From Trueperaceae bacterium (lineage in GTDB: Bacteria; Deinococcota; Deinococci; Deinococcales; Trueperaceae): DNA of 64,000 nt. Where the stretch lies: the NCBI GenBank assembly GCA_965213925.1, contig OZ243927.1, forward strand, positions 4,160,001 to 4,224,000, in the 5' to 3' direction. Shown one piece after another: positions 29,822-39,780 of this stretch (positions within the stretch are counted from its first letter, which is position 1; each line of letters starts with the position of its first letter). The notes under the pieces were generated by a model. That model saw nothing but the letters and a program-made list of their open reading frames with translations. It was not told where the DNA came from and ran no database searches. The position numbers and the translations under genes were made by a program.

Positions 29822-30355
29822 GTGTCTTCTACCCGCATCCATATCTTTGGCGCATCGGGTTCCGGCACGACGACGTTAGGGAAAGCCTTAGCAGAAAAGT
29901 TATCCGTCAAGCACCTCGACGCTGACGACTACTACTGGCAGCAGTCCAACCCGCCCTATACGCTTAAACGTCCACCGGAGGAGCGGGTTCGCCTGTTGCT
30001 GAGTGATATGACGAATGCAGGTGAATGGGTTTTGTCGGGTTCGGTGGTGAGTTGGGGCGAGACCTTCATCCCGCTCTTCTCGCTCGCTGTTTTCGTGACA
30101 CTTTCCCAAGAGGTCCGTATGCAGCGCTTAGAGCGTAGAGAAAGAGCGCGTTACGGCTCCCGCATTGAAGCCGGTGGCGATATGCACGCACAGAGTCAGG
30201 CGTTTTTGGCGTGGGCGGCTCAATATGACACAGCGGATATGAACATGCGGAGTAGAGAGATGCATGAACGGTGGCTCGAGAAGTTGCCCTGCCCGGTCGT
30301 CCGCGTTCAAACGTCCAAATCGCCAGAAGAGATAGCGGACGACCTCTTACTTTGA
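29822..30355 (+). CDS. Adenylate-kinase-like P-loop protein
   Basis: GASGSGTTT P-loop. Confidence 0.8.
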   Translation: MSSTRIHIFGASGSGTTTLGKALAEKLSVKHLDADDYYWQQSNPPYTLKRPPEERVRLLLSDMTNAGEWVLSGSVVSWGETFIPLFSLAVFVTLSQEVRMQRLERRERARYGSRIEAGGDMHAQSQAFLAWAAQYDTADMNMRSREMHERWLEKLPCPVVRVQTSKSPEEIADDLLL

Positions 30356-30368
30356 ATTTAACCGCTAG

Positions 30369-30597
30369 TACACCGTTAATTAAGTATCGATACTCTCTTA
30401 CTGATGTCACCCTGTTCACGCAGTAGAGCGAAGCTTCGGCGAAGGCGTAAGGGTCTCGGTTGACTACGTCAAAACTTCGTAACTTTCAATCTCAGCAAGT
30501 GGAGTCAGCAAGGGCAGAGATTCTTACGCTCCACGGAGCCTGCCCTGGTGAGGGTTCCGCTCAGAATGACATGCTTTATTTTTAACTTAACGCTGTA
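30369..30597 (+). mobile_element. MITE-like repeat family A, copy 2
   Basis: CTAG|TACACCGTTAA...TTAACGCTGTA|CTAG. Confidence 0.88.
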
Positions 30598-30604
30598 CTA
30601 GTGC

Positions 30605-30648
30605 AAAAAGAAGAGGTGATAGATAGACGCTATCACCTCTTCTTTTTT
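30605..30648. terminator. Bidirectional terminator after lipA
   Basis: AAAAAGAAGAGGTGATAG-loop-CTATCACCTCTTCTTTTTT. Confidence 0.85.
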
Positions 30649-30657
30649 ACTCGACTC

Positions 30658-31599
30658 CTAACTCAAACCGACGTTGTTCTTCTCCAACGCCCGCTCCGCT
30701 CGGTACGACGAACGCACTAGCGGTCCCGACACGACCTCGACGAAACCTTTAGCGAGTCCTAGCTCGCGGTAGCGGTTGAAGTCTTCGGGTGGAACAAAGC
30801 GTTCGACAGGGAGGTGGCTCGAGGTGGGGCGGAGGTACTGCCCGAAGGTCACGATGTCCACGCCGACCTCGCGCAAGTCGTCCATCGTCTGGACGATCTC
30901 CTCGTCCGTCTCGCCGAGCCCGAGCATCAGGCTGGTTTTAGTGAGCACGTCAGGGCGGGAGAGTTTGGCGTACTCCAAAACTCGCAGGGTTTGCTCGTAG
31001 CTCGCGCGGGGGTCGCGAACGGGGTGAGTGAGGCGTTTGACGGTCTCCAAGTTTTGCGCGTAGACCTCAACACCGGAGTCTAAGACGAGTTGCACGTGCT
31101 CGGTTTTCCCCTGAAAGTCAGGTGTCAACGCTTCTACGGCGGTCTCGGGGTTGACCTTTTTAATTTCGCGCACGGCGCTCGCGTAATGCGCCGCGCCGCC
31201 GTCCGGTAAGTCGTCGCGGTCGACCGAGGTCAAGACGACGTACTTTAAGCCCATCAGCTTGACCGAGTCAGCAGCTAAGCGCGGCTCGTCGGGGTCCAGG
31301 CGTCCTCTTGGGTTGCCTGTATCTACCGCGCAGAAGCGGCACGCCCGCGTGCAGACCGAGCCCATCAGCATGATCGTCGCGGTGCCCGCGCTCCAGCACT
31401 CCGCGATATTAGGGCACATCGCCTCTTCGCAAACAGTGGAGAGTCCGTGCTCGCGCACCGTTTTCTTGACCTCGCCGTAGCCTTCGCCGTTTGGCAGTTT
31501 AACCTTGAGCCAGTCCGGTTTGCGCTCGCGCGGCAACTTTTCGGCGTCTTTGCGTTGAATACCGTTTTTGATGACTTTAATGTCGTCTAACTTGATCAC
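30658..31599 (-). CDS. lipA: Lipoyl synthase
   Basis: [25 protein letters not shown]. Confidence 0.97.
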   Translation of the reverse strand: MIKLDDIKVIKNGIQRKDAEKLPRERKPDWLKVKLPNGEGYGEVKKTVREHGLSTVCEEAMCPNIAECWSAGTATIMLMGSVCTRACRFCAVDTGNPRGRLDPDEPRLAADSVKLMGLKYVVLTSVDRDDLPDGGAAHYASAVREIKKVNPETAVEALTPDFQGKTEHVQLVLDSGVEVYAQNLETVKRLTHPVRDPRASYEQTLRVLEYAKLSRPDVLTKTSLMLGLGETDEEIVQTMDDLREVGVDIVTFGQYLRPTSSHLPVERFVPPEDFNRYRELGLAKGFVEVVSGPLVRSSYRAERALEKNNVGLS

Positions 31600-32356
31600 G
31601 AAAGAACCTCCTTGCAGGTATCATCTGGTCATCGACGCACTCAGTTGAAAAGCGTTGTCTAGCGCGTACGTTATGGGATGATCCTGCATAATCCAAGTTT
31701 TTTGGTGCTAGACAATCTACGTTCTGCACTTGGACGTCAAATACATGCTTGAATTCTCTTATGAGCTTCGGCTTGACCTCTTCGAGCGGCACGTGTCGTC
31801 CGGCGAGCTTCGAAAGGCTCGTCACGCCTTTGTCCGCTAAGCCGCATGGCACGATATAGGTGAAATGCTCCAAATCCGTGTGGACGTTCATCGCGAAACC
31901 ATGAAACGAGACGTTGCGCTTGATCGCCACGCCTATCGCCACGACCTTCTCATCACCGACCCACACGCCCGCGTAGCCAGGGCTGCCTTCGCTCTCGAAC
32001 CCGTATTCTGCTAACACGTTCACCATCACCGCTTCTAAGTTGCGCAAGTAGTTGCGCACTTTTCGACCAATCGGCAAAATCGGATAGCCCACGAGCTGCC
32101 CCGGTCCGTGGTAGGTCACATCGCCGCCGCGCTCGATGTCGTAGAGCGAAAAGCCCTGCGAAGCTAAGAAAGCTTCGTCCGCCAAGAGGTTGCTGCGCCC
32201 GCCCTTCTTGCCGAAGGTGATAACGGGTGGATGCTCGACCAAGAGGAGCGTCGGCGGCGCGTCGCCGCTCGCAACGGCGGCGTGCGTTTGGAGCTGCACG
32301 CCCCACGCTTCCTTGTAGTCTAAGCGTCCTAAGTCGCGTACGACGAGCGTTTTCAC
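31577..32356 (-). CDS. lipB: Octanoyltransferase with a C-terminal extension
   Basis: [34 protein letters not shown]; probable GTG start at 32356. Confidence 0.93.
   Translation of the reverse strand: MKTLVVRDLGRLDYKEAWGVQLQTHAAVASGDAPPTLLLVEHPPVITFGKKGGRSNLLADEAFLASQGFSLYDIERGGDVTYHGPGQLVGYPILPIGRKVRNYLRNLEAVMVNVLAEYGFESEGSPGYAGVWVGDEKVVAIGVAIKRNVSFHGFAMNVHTDLEHFTYIVPCGLADKGVTSLSKLAGRHVPLEEVKPKLIREFKHVFDVQVQNVDCLAPKNLDYAGSSHNVRARQRFSTECVDDQMIPARRFFRDQVRRH
31614..31687 (-). repeat. Repeat family D stem-loop directly upstream of the lipA RBS
   Basis: GCAGGTATCATCTGGTCA...GGGATGATCCTGC. Confidence 0.8.
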
Positions 32357-32485
32357 CCCTTCATCATAGCACTTCAAGCCTCTTTTTCAGATGCGCCGCG
32401 TTGCATTGACTAGGGTGCGGCTCGGCGAAAATCTCACTTCAGTAAGTAAAGAGTGAAGCCCTTATGAAGACCTGCTCATAAGCGC

Positions 32486-32514
32486 TTGTATTTTTTGTGG
32501 TTATGGCTTACACT
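32486..32514 (+). promoter_or_regulatory. Sigma70-like promoter of the cold-shock gene, with a long 5' UTR
   Basis: TTGTAT-17 bp-TACACT, about 135 nt upstream of the ATG. Confidence 0.6.
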
Positions 32515-32651
32515 ATCTTTACTGCGAGAGAGCAAATTTCAGAGCTTTTCGTAGCTCGAGCCCAAGCTCGAGAAGTGTTTAGTGATTGAGTGCGCGATAT
32601 TGAGATGCAGTATCCAAAAAGCGCTCAGTCAGTTAGGAAGATAGGTAAAAC

Positions 32652-32888
32652 ATGGCAACAGGTAAAGTAAAATGGTTCAGTAACGAAAAAGGCTTCGGCT
32701 TCATCGAGCAAGACGACGGCAGCGCCGATGTCTTCTGCCACTTCTCAGCGATCAGCGGCAACGGCTACCGTAGCCTCAACGAAGGCGACGAAGTAGAGTT
32801 CGACGTCGAGCAGGGTCAGAAGGGTCTCCAGGCGAAAAACGTCACCGTGACGAACGCCGCACCCGCGCCTGCACGTCAGCGCTACTAA
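32652..32888 (+). CDS. Cold-shock protein
   Basis: GKVKWF, KGFGFI (RNP1), VFCHF (RNP2). Confidence 0.96.
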   Translation: MATGKVKWFSNEKGFGFIEQDDGSADVFCHFSAISGNGYRSLNEGDEVEFDVEQGQKGLQAKNVTVTNAAPAPARQRY

Positions 32889-32907
32889 GCTTTTTCAACG
32901 CAACAAC

Positions 32908-32937
32908 AAAAGCGCTCGAGTCTCTCGAGCGCTTTTT
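32908..32937 (+). terminator. Rho-independent terminator
   Basis: AAAAGCGCTCGAG-TCT-CTCGAGCGCTTTTT. Confidence 0.85.
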
Positions 32938-33000
32938 CCTTTGGGCTTTTCTCGAACTTCTAGCAGCCACGAGAGGTCGCGACCTCTCGTGGCTGCTGTG

Positions 33001-34176
33001 TCAGTCTGCTTGCGCCGCCTCAGCGCCGCCCGTAATCCGGTAAAGCGTCCCCGAAAAGTCCGCGACGTAAACCTCGCCCGCTTCGTCCTCGCCAAACGCG
33101 ACGAGGTTTCGCCCGGTCTCTAAAAGCTTCTCGCTCGACCACGCGCCGTCCTCGCCCTGGGTCGCGCCCCAGAGGTTGCCGCTCACAAAGTCGCCGAAGA
33201 GGTAGACGCCCTCCAAGCTCGGCGCTGCTTCGCCTCGGTAGCGGTAGCCGCCTGTGATGGAGCGCCCCTCGCCCGAAGCGTGGCTATATTCCAGAATAGG
33301 CAGCGTGTAGGGTTCCAACTCGCAACCCGAAAGGTAACAGTGCGCCCCCTCGGTGGGGTTCCAGCCGTAGTTCTCGCCGCCCGCGCTCGAGGCGGGCTGA
33401 AAGTCGATCTCCTCGTAAGCGTTCTGCCCCACATCCCCGATAAAGAGGTCGCCCGTTTCACGGTCGAAGGAGAAGCGCCACGGGTTGCGCAGCCCATACG
33501 CCCAAATCTCCGGCCTCGCGTTCTCGTCGTCCACAAAAGGATTGTCTTCAGGAACGCCGTAGGGGTCATCACCTGTTGCGTCAACGTCGATGCGCAAAAT
33601 TGCGCCTAAGAGCGTACCGGGGTCTTGCCCGTTATTCTCTGGGTCGCCGCTCGAGCCGCCGTCGCCTAGCCCGATATAGAGGTAGCCGTCCGGTCCGAAC
33701 GCCAACTCGCCGCCGTTATGGTTCGAGTAGGGTTGCTCAGCGGTGAGGAGCACGCGCTCGGAGTCTGCGTCGGCCACATTCGGGTCGTCCGAGACGCTGT
33801 ATTCGGCGATGACGGTATCGCCGCTCGTATCCGAATAATGGACGAAAAAGCGCCCGTTCTCCTCGTAGTTCGGGTGAAAGGCGACATCTAAAAACCCGCG
33901 CTCGCTGTTCGTAGCGACCATGTCGCTGAGGTCTAGGAAGGACTCGGGCAAGACTTCGCCGTCTTGAACGATAGCGAGTTCGCCCCCTTTCTGGGTGACG
34001 AAAAGCCGCCCCGAGCCGTCGCCCGCGTGCGTGATGGCGGTGGGTTGGGAGAGGTCGCTGGTTTGGGGCTCGAGCCCAACGCCCTCGCTCACTTGCGCGT
34101 TAGCCGAGGAGTCACACGCCACCAGAACGAATAGAGAGGCGAGTAAAAGGGTCATTTTCCAAGCTGAAAAGTTCAT
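33001..34176 (-). CDS. PQQ-dependent glucose/sorbosone dehydrogenase family lipoprotein
   Basis: LVAC lipobox; NHNGG, FGPDGYLY, GDGG, YGLRNPWR. Confidence 0.92.
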   Translation of the reverse strand: MNFSAWKMTLLLASLFVLVACDSSANAQVSEGVGLEPQTSDLSQPTAITHAGDGSGRLFVTQKGGELAIVQDGEVLPESFLDLSDMVATNSERGFLDVAFHPNYEENGRFFVHYSDTSGDTVIAEYSVSDDPNVADADSERVLLTAEQPYSNHNGGELAFGPDGYLYIGLGDGGSSGDPENNGQDPGTLLGAILRIDVDATGDDPYGVPEDNPFVDDENARPEIWAYGLRNPWRFSFDRETGDLFIGDVGQNAYEEIDFQPASSAGGENYGWNPTEGAHCYLSGCELEPYTLPILEYSHASGEGRSITGGYRYRGEAAPSLEGVYLFGDFVSGNLWGATQGEDGAWSSEKLLETGRNLVAFGEDEAGEVYVADFSGTLYRITGGAEAAQAD

Positions 34177-34283
34177 AGCTCAGTCTAGCAAGCGTTTGTG
34201 AAACAAAATGCAATGTGGAATCTGGAAGGAGGCGATTGGCTTTTAGCCGTTAGCGATTAGCTAAATTCGCTGGTCGCTAAGCG

Positions 34284-34952
34284 CTAATGACTTGCGGTTT
34301 TTTGAAAGGGTATCCCCTCTTCATCTAGTTCGGGAAAAGGCTCACCTCTTTCCTCTAAAAGCGCCGCTTGGCGCGGGTAGAGCCACCGAAACGCCTGGTT
34401 GTTCATCGCCTCGTCCGAGAGCTTGGGCGCGTCGTAGAGACCTGCTGCCAGCCGCTGCCGCTGCGCCTCGAAGAGAATCACCGCCGTCGCTACCGATACA
34501 TTTAAGGAGGGCACCATGCCGAGCATCGGGATGACGATATGCGCGTCGGCGAGTTCGGCAGCCTCTGCCGACACGCCCTCCTTCTCGTTGCCGAAGAGGA
34601 CGCAGGTCGGCTTTGTATAGTCCACCTTGCGGTAGTCCACCGCCTCGTTTGACAGGTGCGCCGCCAGAAGTTGCATCCCGCCAAGTTCACGCTCGACCTC
34701 TTGCAAGGACGAGAAGACGCGCAAGTTGACCCACTTGTTCGCGCTCGCGCTCGTCTCGTTATAGGTCGGCACGCCGCCCGTCGGGTTGAGCGCGTGCACC
34801 GTGCCGATGCCCACCGCGTCGCCCGTGCGGATCATCGCCGAGAGGTTATGCGGCTTGTAGACGTTCTCCGCTAGAATCGTTAAGTCGGGCTGGCGTTTAC
34901 GCAAGACCGCCATGATTTTTTGATACCGCTCTTTCGTCACACGTTGTAGCAT
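34284..34952 (-). CDS. trmH: tRNA Gm18 2'-O-methyltransferase
   Basis: RQPDLT, KPHNLSAMIRT, GNEKEG, IPMLGMVPSLNVSVA. Confidence 0.93.
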   Translation of the reverse strand: MLQRVTKERYQKIMAVLRKRQPDLTILAENVYKPHNLSAMIRTGDAVGIGTVHALNPTGGVPTYNETSASANKWVNLRVFSSLQEVERELGGMQLLAAHLSNEAVDYRKVDYTKPTCVLFGNEKEGVSAEAAELADAHIVIPMLGMVPSLNVSVATAVILFEAQRQRLAAGLYDAPKLSDEAMNNQAFRWLYPRQAALLEERGEPFPELDEEGIPFQKTASH

Positions 34953-35083
34953 AGCGGAGAGAAGCGTGTCAGCCAGTCAGCCAGTCAGCTTACGCAAGTT
35001 TTGACTTTGTCAAACCGTTCGTTCCTGCGGAAGCTAAAGCCACCAGCTTGACTGGATTTCAGGGTTCGCGATTGTCAGGTTAC

Positions 35084-35339
35084 TACACCGTTAATTAAGT
35101 TCTGCAACACTGTTGTCACCCTGTTCACGCAGTTAGACGAAGTCCGGCGAAGGCGTAAGGGTCTCGTTTGGCTGCGCCAAAACTTAGTAACTCGCAATCT
35201 CGGCAAGAGGAGTCAGCAAGGTCAGAGATTCTTTCATCAGGCGAAGCCCATCCTGTAAAGGGCTCCACTTCGTGGAGTCTATCCTATAGCTCGCTGTAGG
35301 GTTCAGAATGACACGAGTCATTTTTTACTTGACAATACA
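35084..35339 (+). mobile_element. MITE-like repeat family A, copy 3 (degenerate right end)
   Basis: TACACCGTTAATTAAG...GTCACCCTGTTCACGCAG...CAGAATGAC; no target duplication seen. Confidence 0.8.
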
Positions 35340-35450
35340 TTGCGGTTGAACGTTCACCTATGCTGACTCGCTGAGATGCTGCGCGCCCAATATCTCAACA
35401 ACGTCTGACAACGCACTTTGTAAAACGCTCATCATGCTACGTTGCATTTT

Positions 35451-35873
35451 ATGGCTTCAACCGAAAAACCTCTCTACACCGAACTCATCTGCCCTGTACG
35501 CACCTACGATATCGACTCGGCGGGAATCGTCAGCAACATCGTCTACGTGCGTTGGTTGGAGGATTTGCGCTCGGAACTTTTCAAGGACGTGTACTCCTTG
35601 GAGGAGATGGAGCGTACAGGCGTCGTACCTGTCGTTGCCGCGACGAACGTCAACTACAAGCGCTCCGTCACGCTCCTAGAAGAGGTTCATAGTGCGATGT
35701 GGGTTGCGAAGGCGGGACGCAGCAGCCTAACTTTAGATGCAGAGTTCAAGGTAGACGACACGCTCGCCGTGCAAGCGACGCAGACGTGTGTTTTCGTCAA
35801 CTTGCGAGAGAAAAGGGCGACGCCGATTCCTAATAAGGTGCGCGAGAGGCTCGAGCCCGTCGGTGAAGTCTGA
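35451..35873 (+). CDS. Hotdog-fold acyl-CoA thioesterase (4HBT/YbgC-like)
   Basis: DIDSAGIVSNIVYVRWLE. Confidence 0.85.
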   Translation: MASTEKPLYTELICPVRTYDIDSAGIVSNIVYVRWLEDLRSELFKDVYSLEEMERTGVVPVVAATNVNYKRSVTLLEEVHSAMWVAKAGRSSLTLDAEFKVDDTLAVQATQTCVFVNLREKRATPIPNKVRERLEPVGEV

Positions 35874-35907
35874 GATGGATGAGGTCTGAAATGGACAAGA
35901 GCAGAAC

Positions 35908-36576
35908 GTGTCCGTAAGTGAAGTTATCGTCGCCTCGGACGTTGAAGGCACGCTCACGACCGGCGAAACCTGGCGCGCCCTCGGACGCTACTATCAGCAG
36001 AACGAGCAAAGGGGAGCGTACCGCCGCTTCTTCGCCGGGCGAATGCCGGGCTTCGCGCTCATGAAACTCGGTTTGATGGACGAAACGGCGTATAAAACGC
36101 GCTGGATTGAAGACCTAACCCGGTTCTTCGCCAGCATGAACGAGCGTGAACTGGCGCGGGTCGCCGCTTGGGTCGTCGAGCACGAGCTGTGGGCGAAGCG
36201 CCGCCCAGAGGTGGTCGCGGAGCTAGAGCGCCACCGCCAAGCGGGACACACACTCGTCTTAGCGTCGGGTGTGTATCAGCCTATCTTGGAGGTGCTAGCC
36301 GAGAGGTTGGGCGCAGTCGCGGTCGGCACGCCTTTAGAAATGACGCCTGAAGGCGCGGCGACCGGGCGGCTCGTCAGCGAGGTCAATACGGGCGAAGCGA
36401 AGCGGGTGAGGCTCGCGACTTGGCTGGGCAGGCGCACTTTGAGCGTCGCTTACGGTGACACCGAAGCGGACGTGCCGATGCTCGAGGCTGCACAAGAAGC
36501 CGTCGCCGTGCACCCTGACGCCGAACTTGAGGAGGTCGCCAAGGCGAGAGGATGGCGCGTACTGGGCGCGACTTGA
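35908..36576 (+). CDS. HAD-IB family hydrolase
   Basis: DVEGTL, LASG, K, GDTEAD motifs. Confidence 0.85.
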   Translation: MSVSEVIVASDVEGTLTTGETWRALGRYYQQNEQRGAYRRFFAGRMPGFALMKLGLMDETAYKTRWIEDLTRFFASMNERELARVAAWVVEHELWAKRRPEVVAELERHRQAGHTLVLASGVYQPILEVLAERLGAVAVGTPLEMTPEGAATGRLVSEVNTGEAKRVRLATWLGRRTLSVAYGDTEADVPMLEAAQEAVAVHPDAELEEVAKARGWRVLGAT

Positions 36577-36853
36577 GAGCGGCACGAACAGTCTTTGAGA
36601 TACCTCAAAAAGTTATATGGGTGAGGAAACAGGGGTAGGTTGAGGTGTGAGGATTCATAAGAGTTCAGGGTTCTCGAGCCCCGAGTCAGCAAACCCACTG
36701 CCGCTGCGGGTCGCCTAAGCACCTCGCTCTTTGTCCACCTTTGGCAGCCTCCTTCGCGATTCTCGAGCAGGCGCATGTTTGGCACATCCGAATCCCAGCA
36801 CAAAAATACAGACCTCCAAAGAGGTCCGTATTAGTAGCGTTGGTCTCTATTTT

Positions 36854-37840
36854 TTACGGCGCGGCGCTTACCACGTCCGCTTCGGAGGTCGAGATTTCCA
36901 CGTTCGCTTCGCGCTCCGCTAAGTAGCGCTCCGCCGCCATCGCCGCCCGCGTGCCTGCGCCGACGCTCGTGCCGAGCTGACGGTACACCTCGTCCGCCAC
37001 GTCGCCCGCGGCAAAGAGCCCTTCGACGTTCGTGTAGATTTCGTCTCGCACGTCGATGTAGCCGCTCTCGCGCAGTTGCACCAAATCCTCTAAATACTTG
37101 GTGTTCGGCACGTGACCGATATAGATAAAGACGCCGTCCGCGCTCAGGACGCTCTCTTCGCCCGTCTCGACGTTCGTCGCACGCACGCCCGTCACTTGGT
37201 CGTCACCTAAGACCTCTTCGACCACCGTGTTCCAAACCCAGTGCATCTTAGGGTTGGCGAAAGCCCGCTTTTGCGCTTCGCCGTTCGCGCGGAGTTCGCC
37301 CCGGCGGTGCACGATGGTGACTTTGTCCGCGAACTTAGTTAGAAACATGCCCTCTTCAACGGCGGCGTCGCCGCCGCCCACCACGATGACCTCTTTGCCG
37401 CGGTAGAAAAAGCCGTCGCAGGTCGCGCAGGTCGAGACGCCGCGCCCGTAAAACTCGTCCTCGCCCGGCACGCCCAAGCGACGCGGGTTCGCGCCCGTCG
37501 CGATAATGACCGCTTTAGCACGGTAGGTCTTGTCGTACCCCTTCACTAAGAAGTCCGCGCCCTGCCGCTCGACGCCCAAAACCTCTTCCATCGCGATTTT
37601 CGCGCCGAACTTCTCCGCTTGGCGCACCATGCGCTGAGACAGCTCGGGACCGCTCACGACCTCGTCGAAACCGGGGTAGTTCTCGACCTCTTGCGTCTGC
37701 GCAATCTGGCCGCCCGGGAGCCCTTTTTCTAAGATGATGGTGTCTAGCTGACCGCGCCCCGCGTAGATGCCCGCCGTGAGCCCCGCTGGACCGCCACCGA
37801 CGATAACGACATCCACGTGTTCATATTGTGTTTGACTCAT
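36854..37840 (-). CDS. trxB: Thioredoxin reductase
   Basis: [26 protein letters not shown]. Confidence 0.96.
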   Translation of the reverse strand: MSQTQYEHVDVVIVGGGPAGLTAGIYAGRGQLDTIILEKGLPGGQIAQTQEVENYPGFDEVVSGPELSQRMVRQAEKFGAKIAMEEVLGVERQGADFLVKGYDKTYRAKAVIIATGANPRRLGVPGEDEFYGRGVSTCATCDGFFYRGKEVIVVGGGDAAVEEGMFLTKFADKVTIVHRRGELRANGEAQKRAFANPKMHWVWNTVVEEVLGDDQVTGVRATNVETGEESVLSADGVFIYIGHVPNTKYLEDLVQLRESGYIDVRDEIYTNVEGLFAAGDVADEVYRQLGTSVGAGTRAAMAAERYLAEREANVEISTSEADVVSAAP

Positions 37841-37900
37841 GAAAATCCTCCTACACTATTCCGATAGTAGCATCCTGCGACGGCGGAGACTGTACAATAA

Positions 37901-37920
37901 AATACCTATAGGGGGTATAT
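37901..37920. promoter_or_regulatory. CsoR/CstR-like operator upstream of trxB
   Basis: ATACCTATAGGGGGTAT: inverted ATAC..GTAT arms around a G-tract. Confidence 0.5.
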
Positions 37921-38041
37921 TTGGTGCGGTTCACACCTTTACTATTTCAGGGTTCGTGTCGTTTCAAGGACAGACTTTCTTGCGACTGGAACGAACTCCC
38001 GTTCCTCCCTCCTACTTTAGCAGCATCGCCGAGAGGTCTTG

Positions 38042-38690
38042 CTAAGTTTTAGCGTTTAACGTCGCGACGAAGTCCGCTACTTGCTGAGGATTCTCGAGGT
38101 GGATGACGGTCTTGCCCTCCAACCGCTTCAGCTTCTCCAAGATGAGGGGTCGCCGCGTCTTGGGGTAGTTCCAGATGTAGCGGAAGAAGTCTGGGTCGAG
38201 TTTCTCGGGGTTGCCAGGAGCCATGTCGGGGCGCGTGGTGTTGCGGTAGGTGATACGAATTCCGATTGATTCGCTATGTTAGCGAATCAATCCGAGCGGA
38301 TGCGAGAAGGAAAGAACATACGGATGGAGTGTATGGACTATCACCGAGGCTTTTTCTCGGTGATAGGGAATGAAGCGGAATCCGTATGAGCCAGCGTTTG
38401 AGAACGCGGTAGACGCAAAAAAACCTCGGTAGGTCGAGAAAGATCACCGTGTCAGCAGCCCCTATCCGCTCGTTCATGGTGCTGCTGTAGTTACCGTCCA
38501 TCACCCAGCGTTCTCGCGCTAACAACGCTTCATGACGCGCCTCCCATTCGGACGTGGGCGTTTCCGTCCACCCGGCGTTCCAGAAGTGCTGGTCTAGGTG
38601 GATGACAGGTAGGCTGAGCTTCTTGCCGACCTCTTTAGCCAAGGTGGACTTACCCGCGCCACCTGAACCGATGATGGCTACACGCTTCAT
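38042..38690 (-). pseudogene. FlaR-like (DNA topology modulation) P-loop kinase disrupted by a MITE
   Basis: GSGGAGKST...DGNY; the frame is restored (KRWLTYRNTTRPDMAPG) by removing 38254-38389. Confidence 0.88.
38254..38386 (-). mobile_element. MITE-like repeat family C with TGA target duplication
   Basis: TGA|TACGAATTCCG...CGGAATCCGTA|TGA. Confidence 0.92.
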
Positions 38691-38691
38691 G

Positions 38692-39651
38692 CTAAAAATC
38701 AACCTCTTGTCCCCGCCCTGTCTCGAGCGCGCGCTCATACACCTGCCACGCTGCCACCAAATCCATCCAAGCGAGCCCTACCCCACCATAAATTGTGATT
38801 TGCGACGCCCGTTCGCGCCCCGCTTTCGTCCCCGCGATGACCTCACCGAGTTCAGCGTGAACAGCGGTCTCACCGAGCCCGACATTGCCGAGCGCGCCCA
38901 TCTCCACCGCTGAGCCTCTATCATCACAGACGAACACGCTCTCTTCGATGAGGTCCGCCGAAACCTCCGCTTTGCCGGGCTCATCCGCACCGAGCGTCGC
39001 AACGTGCGCTCCCGCTGAAACCATACCCGAGGTAAGAAAAGGACGTTGCGCCCAGGTTGCACAAACAATTATATCCGCGTCCGAGACGGCTTCGGCGAGC
39101 GAATCAGCGGCGGTGACGCTTGCGCCCGTCACTTCGGCGACGCGCCGTACGAACAGACCCGTCTTAAAGGGAGCCGTGTCGAAAACCCTGACCTGTTCAA
39201 CGCGCCGCACCTCTTTAAGCAATCTCACCCCCTGTTCGCCCTGCGTTCCTGCGCCGATGATGGCGAGGCGGTTCGCGTCGGGTCTCGCCAACACGTCCGC
39301 CGCCACCGTCGCGGCAACTGCCGTGCGCACAGCGGTAAGGTAACTCGACTCCAGCACCGCTAAAAGCTCTCCCGTAGAGAGGTCGTGTAGGTGGACGAGC
39401 CCCCGAATCGCCGGACTTTGCCCTGGGAACTTCGCGTGGACTTTAACGGTGTAGGCGGGAATATCGGGAACGAGACCGGGAAAGAGGACGGTTGCGCTCG
39501 AGCCCTCTTGCGGCAGCGACGACCGCGCTCTTTGGGCGGGCAGGTTACGGCTTAGTGAGTAGGATTTAAACGCCTCTTTCATGGGCCCCAGGAGTGCGGG
39601 AGGCTCGAGCAGCGCCTGCACCTCTTGACGGTTAAGTAGTAAGGTAGACAT
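38692..39651 (-). CDS. Ornithine cyclodeaminase/mu-crystallin family protein
   Basis: LTAVRTA, IGAGTQG, GADEPGKAE, ELGEV, GLAWMD. Confidence 0.9.
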   Translation of the reverse strand: MSTLLLNRQEVQALLEPPALLGPMKEAFKSYSLSRNLPAQRARSSLPQEGSSATVLFPGLVPDIPAYTVKVHAKFPGQSPAIRGLVHLHDLSTGELLAVLESSYLTAVRTAVAATVAADVLARPDANRLAIIGAGTQGEQGVRLLKEVRRVEQVRVFDTAPFKTGLFVRRVAEVTGASVTAADSLAEAVSDADIIVCATWAQRPFLTSGMVSAGAHVATLGADEPGKAEVSADLIEESVFVCDDRGSAVEMGALGNVGLGETAVHAELGEVIAGTKAGRERASQITIYGGVGLAWMDLVAAWQVYERALETGRGQEVDF

Positions 39652-39780
39652 AGCCCCGAGTTTACCCGCCACACTACGCCAAGCACCGCATCAGCCTCTG
39701 CATTGCCTTCCCCACCAAACTTCTCTCACCTTACATGAGGTAATATCCTCCGAATAGCTCGACCAGCAGAAGGGGGCGTC

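Noticed and set aside
32461..32482. Radiation/desiccation response motif or a shared ATGAR operator
   Set aside because: The CTTATGA...TCATAAG palindrome is longer than the 17-bp motif, and similar ATGAR words elsewhere lack consistent spacing
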